DNA from: Somniosus microcephalus
Lineage: Eukaryota
Assembly (NCBI GenBank): GCA_052327205.1
Contig: CM126225.1
Span: 48,918,001-48,982,000 of the forward strand
Length of the DNA: 64,000 nt
Direction: 5' to 3'
Below are positions 62,299-64,000 of this stretch, piece by piece (position 1 is the stretch's first letter; each line of letters starts with the position of its first letter). The notes below the pieces were generated by a model. It searched no databases and had not been told where the DNA came from. It was given only the letters and a program-made list of their open reading frames with translations. A program made the position numbers and the translations under genes.

Positions 62299-63232
62299 AG
62301 GCTCAGTGGTAGTACCTTCACCTCTGAGTCAGAAGGTTGGGTTTCAAATCCCACTCCAGAGATTTGAGCACATAATCTAGGCTGACACGCCAGTGCAGTA
62401 CTGAGAGCGCTGCACCATCATAGGTGCTATGTTTCATAAGAACATAAGAAATAGGAGCAGGAGTAGGCCAATCGGCCCCTCGAGCCTGCTCCGCCATTCA
62501 ATAAGATCATGGCTGATCTGATCCTAACCGCCAATCTACTATCACAGAACCATCTCCTGAATCTAACAGAATTAGACACACGAAATAGGAGCAGGATCAG
62601 GTTACACGGCCCCTGGGCCCGCTCCGCTACCCACAGGGCCATGACCGATCCGAACCTAGACTCCTGTCCAAATTCCTGCCCGCTCCCCGTAACCCTTAAT
62701 TCCCTTTACTTCTAGGAAACTGTCTATTTCTGTTTTAAATTTATGTAATGATGTAGCTTCTACAGCTTTTTGGGGCAGCATATTCCATGGACCTACCACC
62801 CTCTGAGTGAAGTAGTTCCTCCTCATCTCAGTTTTGAAAGAGCAGCCCCTTATTCTAAGACTATGCCCCCTAGTTCTAGTTTCACCCATCATCGGGAACA
62901 TCCTCCCCGCATCCACCCGATCCAACCCCTTCACAATCTTATATGTTTCAATATGAGATGAGATGCTAAACTCTGCCATCATAGGTGGATGTAAAAGATT
63001 CCACTGCACTCTTTGAAATAGAGTGGGGTGGGGGGACGTGTCCTCCCAGTGTCCTGGCCTCAACTAATATCATTAAAAACAGATTATCAGGTCATTCATC
63101 TCATTGCTGTTTGTGGAACCTGTTTCCTACATTACAACAGTGACAACACTTCAAAAGTGCATCATTGGTTTTGAAGTGCTTTGGGACATTGAGGTTATGA
63201 AAGGTGCTATATAAATACAAGTTTGTTCTTTC
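62299..63232 (+). mobile_element. SacSINE1-type SINE split by a CR1 insertion (62299-62435 and 62956-63232)
   Basis: Head ggctcagtggtagtac...ctgagtcagaagg; tail aaaggtgctatataaatacaagt. Confidence 0.85.
62436..62955 (-). mobile_element. CR1 3' fragment with duplicated tail
   Basis: ORF 62656-63063 (IETYKIVKGLDRVDAGRMF...WNMLPQKAVEA). Confidence 0.9.
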
Positions 63233-63324
63233 TCCTCAATGCATCACTTTATTTCCCAAGTCTTTGTGCTAACTAATCCAGCAGGTCGAGATTGCAGGTG
63301 TGGTGCCAGAGGACTGGTGGACTG

Positions 63325-63908
63325 CTAGAACTGTATAAAACACTAGTTAGACCACAACTAGAGAACTGCGTACAGTTCTGGTCACCACATTACAGGAAGG
63401 ATGTGATTGCACTAGAGGAGGGTACAGAGGAGATTTCTGAGGATGTTGCCAGGACTGGAGAATTTTAGCTATGAGGAAAGATTGGATAGGCTGGGGTTGT
63501 TTTCCTTGGAACAGAGGAGGTTGAGGGGTGAATTGATTGAGGTGTATAAAATTATGAGGGGCCTAGATAGAGTGGATAGGAAGGACCTATTTCCCTTAGC
63601 AGAGAGGTCAATAACCAGGGGGCACAGATTTAAAGTAATTGATAGAAGGATTAGAGGGGAGTTGAGGAAAAATGTTTTCACCCAGAGGGTGCTGGGGGTC
63701 TGGAACTCACTTCCTGAAAGGGTGGTAGAGGCAGAAACCCTCATCGCATTTAAAAAGTACTTGGATATGCACGTGAAGTGCTGTAACCTACAGGGCTATG
63801 GACCAAGAGCTGGAAAGTGGGATTAGGCTGGATAGCTCTTTTTCGACTGGCACAGACATGATGGGCCGAATGGCTTCCTTCTGTTGTTAAATTTGTACGA
63901 TTCTATGA
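63325..63908 (+). mobile_element. CR1 LINE 3' fragment (different subfamily)
   Basis: ORF 63443-63826 (FSYEERLDRLGLFSLEQRRLRGELIEVYKIM...WNSLPERVVEA). Confidence 0.93.
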
Positions 63909-64000
63909 AAAGCATTCATTTCAAGGGACCAAAGCCAACTCGACTTTGTCGTTTAATTTTGTTGCTGCATTTGCCTTGTAACAGTTGGGGCCCCTGTAGT

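Noticed and set aside
54900-64000. Exons of a downstream neighbouring gene
   Set aside because: Every recognisable ORF here is retroelement-derived; no host exon could be supported.

Overview
Eukaryotic vertebrate genomic DNA, very probably a shark or ray, judged from HE1/V-SINE, SacSINE1/Deu-SINE and CR1 repeats recognised from memory rather than by database search. The window holds the 3' part of Tousled-like kinase 2 (TLK2) on the + strand. It has 13 GT-AG coding exons from 2825 to the stop at 48366 (1527 nt, 508 aa), covering the coiled-coil region, the whole kinase domain and the C-tail, followed by a transposon-poor candidate 3'UTR of about 6 kb. The introns and the downstream 9.5 kb are a nested transposon landscape: CR1 LINEs, a young Rex1/Babar LINE, Penelope-like elements, several SINE families, hAT/Tc1-pogo/Harbinger MITEs, a degenerate Harbinger transposase and a solo LTR. 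Two minisatellites explain the long repetitive ORFs. The most interesting observations are: (1) an unannotated in-frame exon-like cassette at 8189-8380 that could give a microexon, a poison exon or a kinase-less TLK2 isoform; (2) minimal hammerhead-ribozyme motifs in Penelope-like ends, intact only antisense to or outside TLK2 and broken in both sense-strand intronic copies; (3) a 1.7-kb array of about 45 G-quadruplex motifs upstream of a kinase exon; (4) LF-SINE-like elements in a cartilaginous fish. I cannot support any new multi-gene system from this window.
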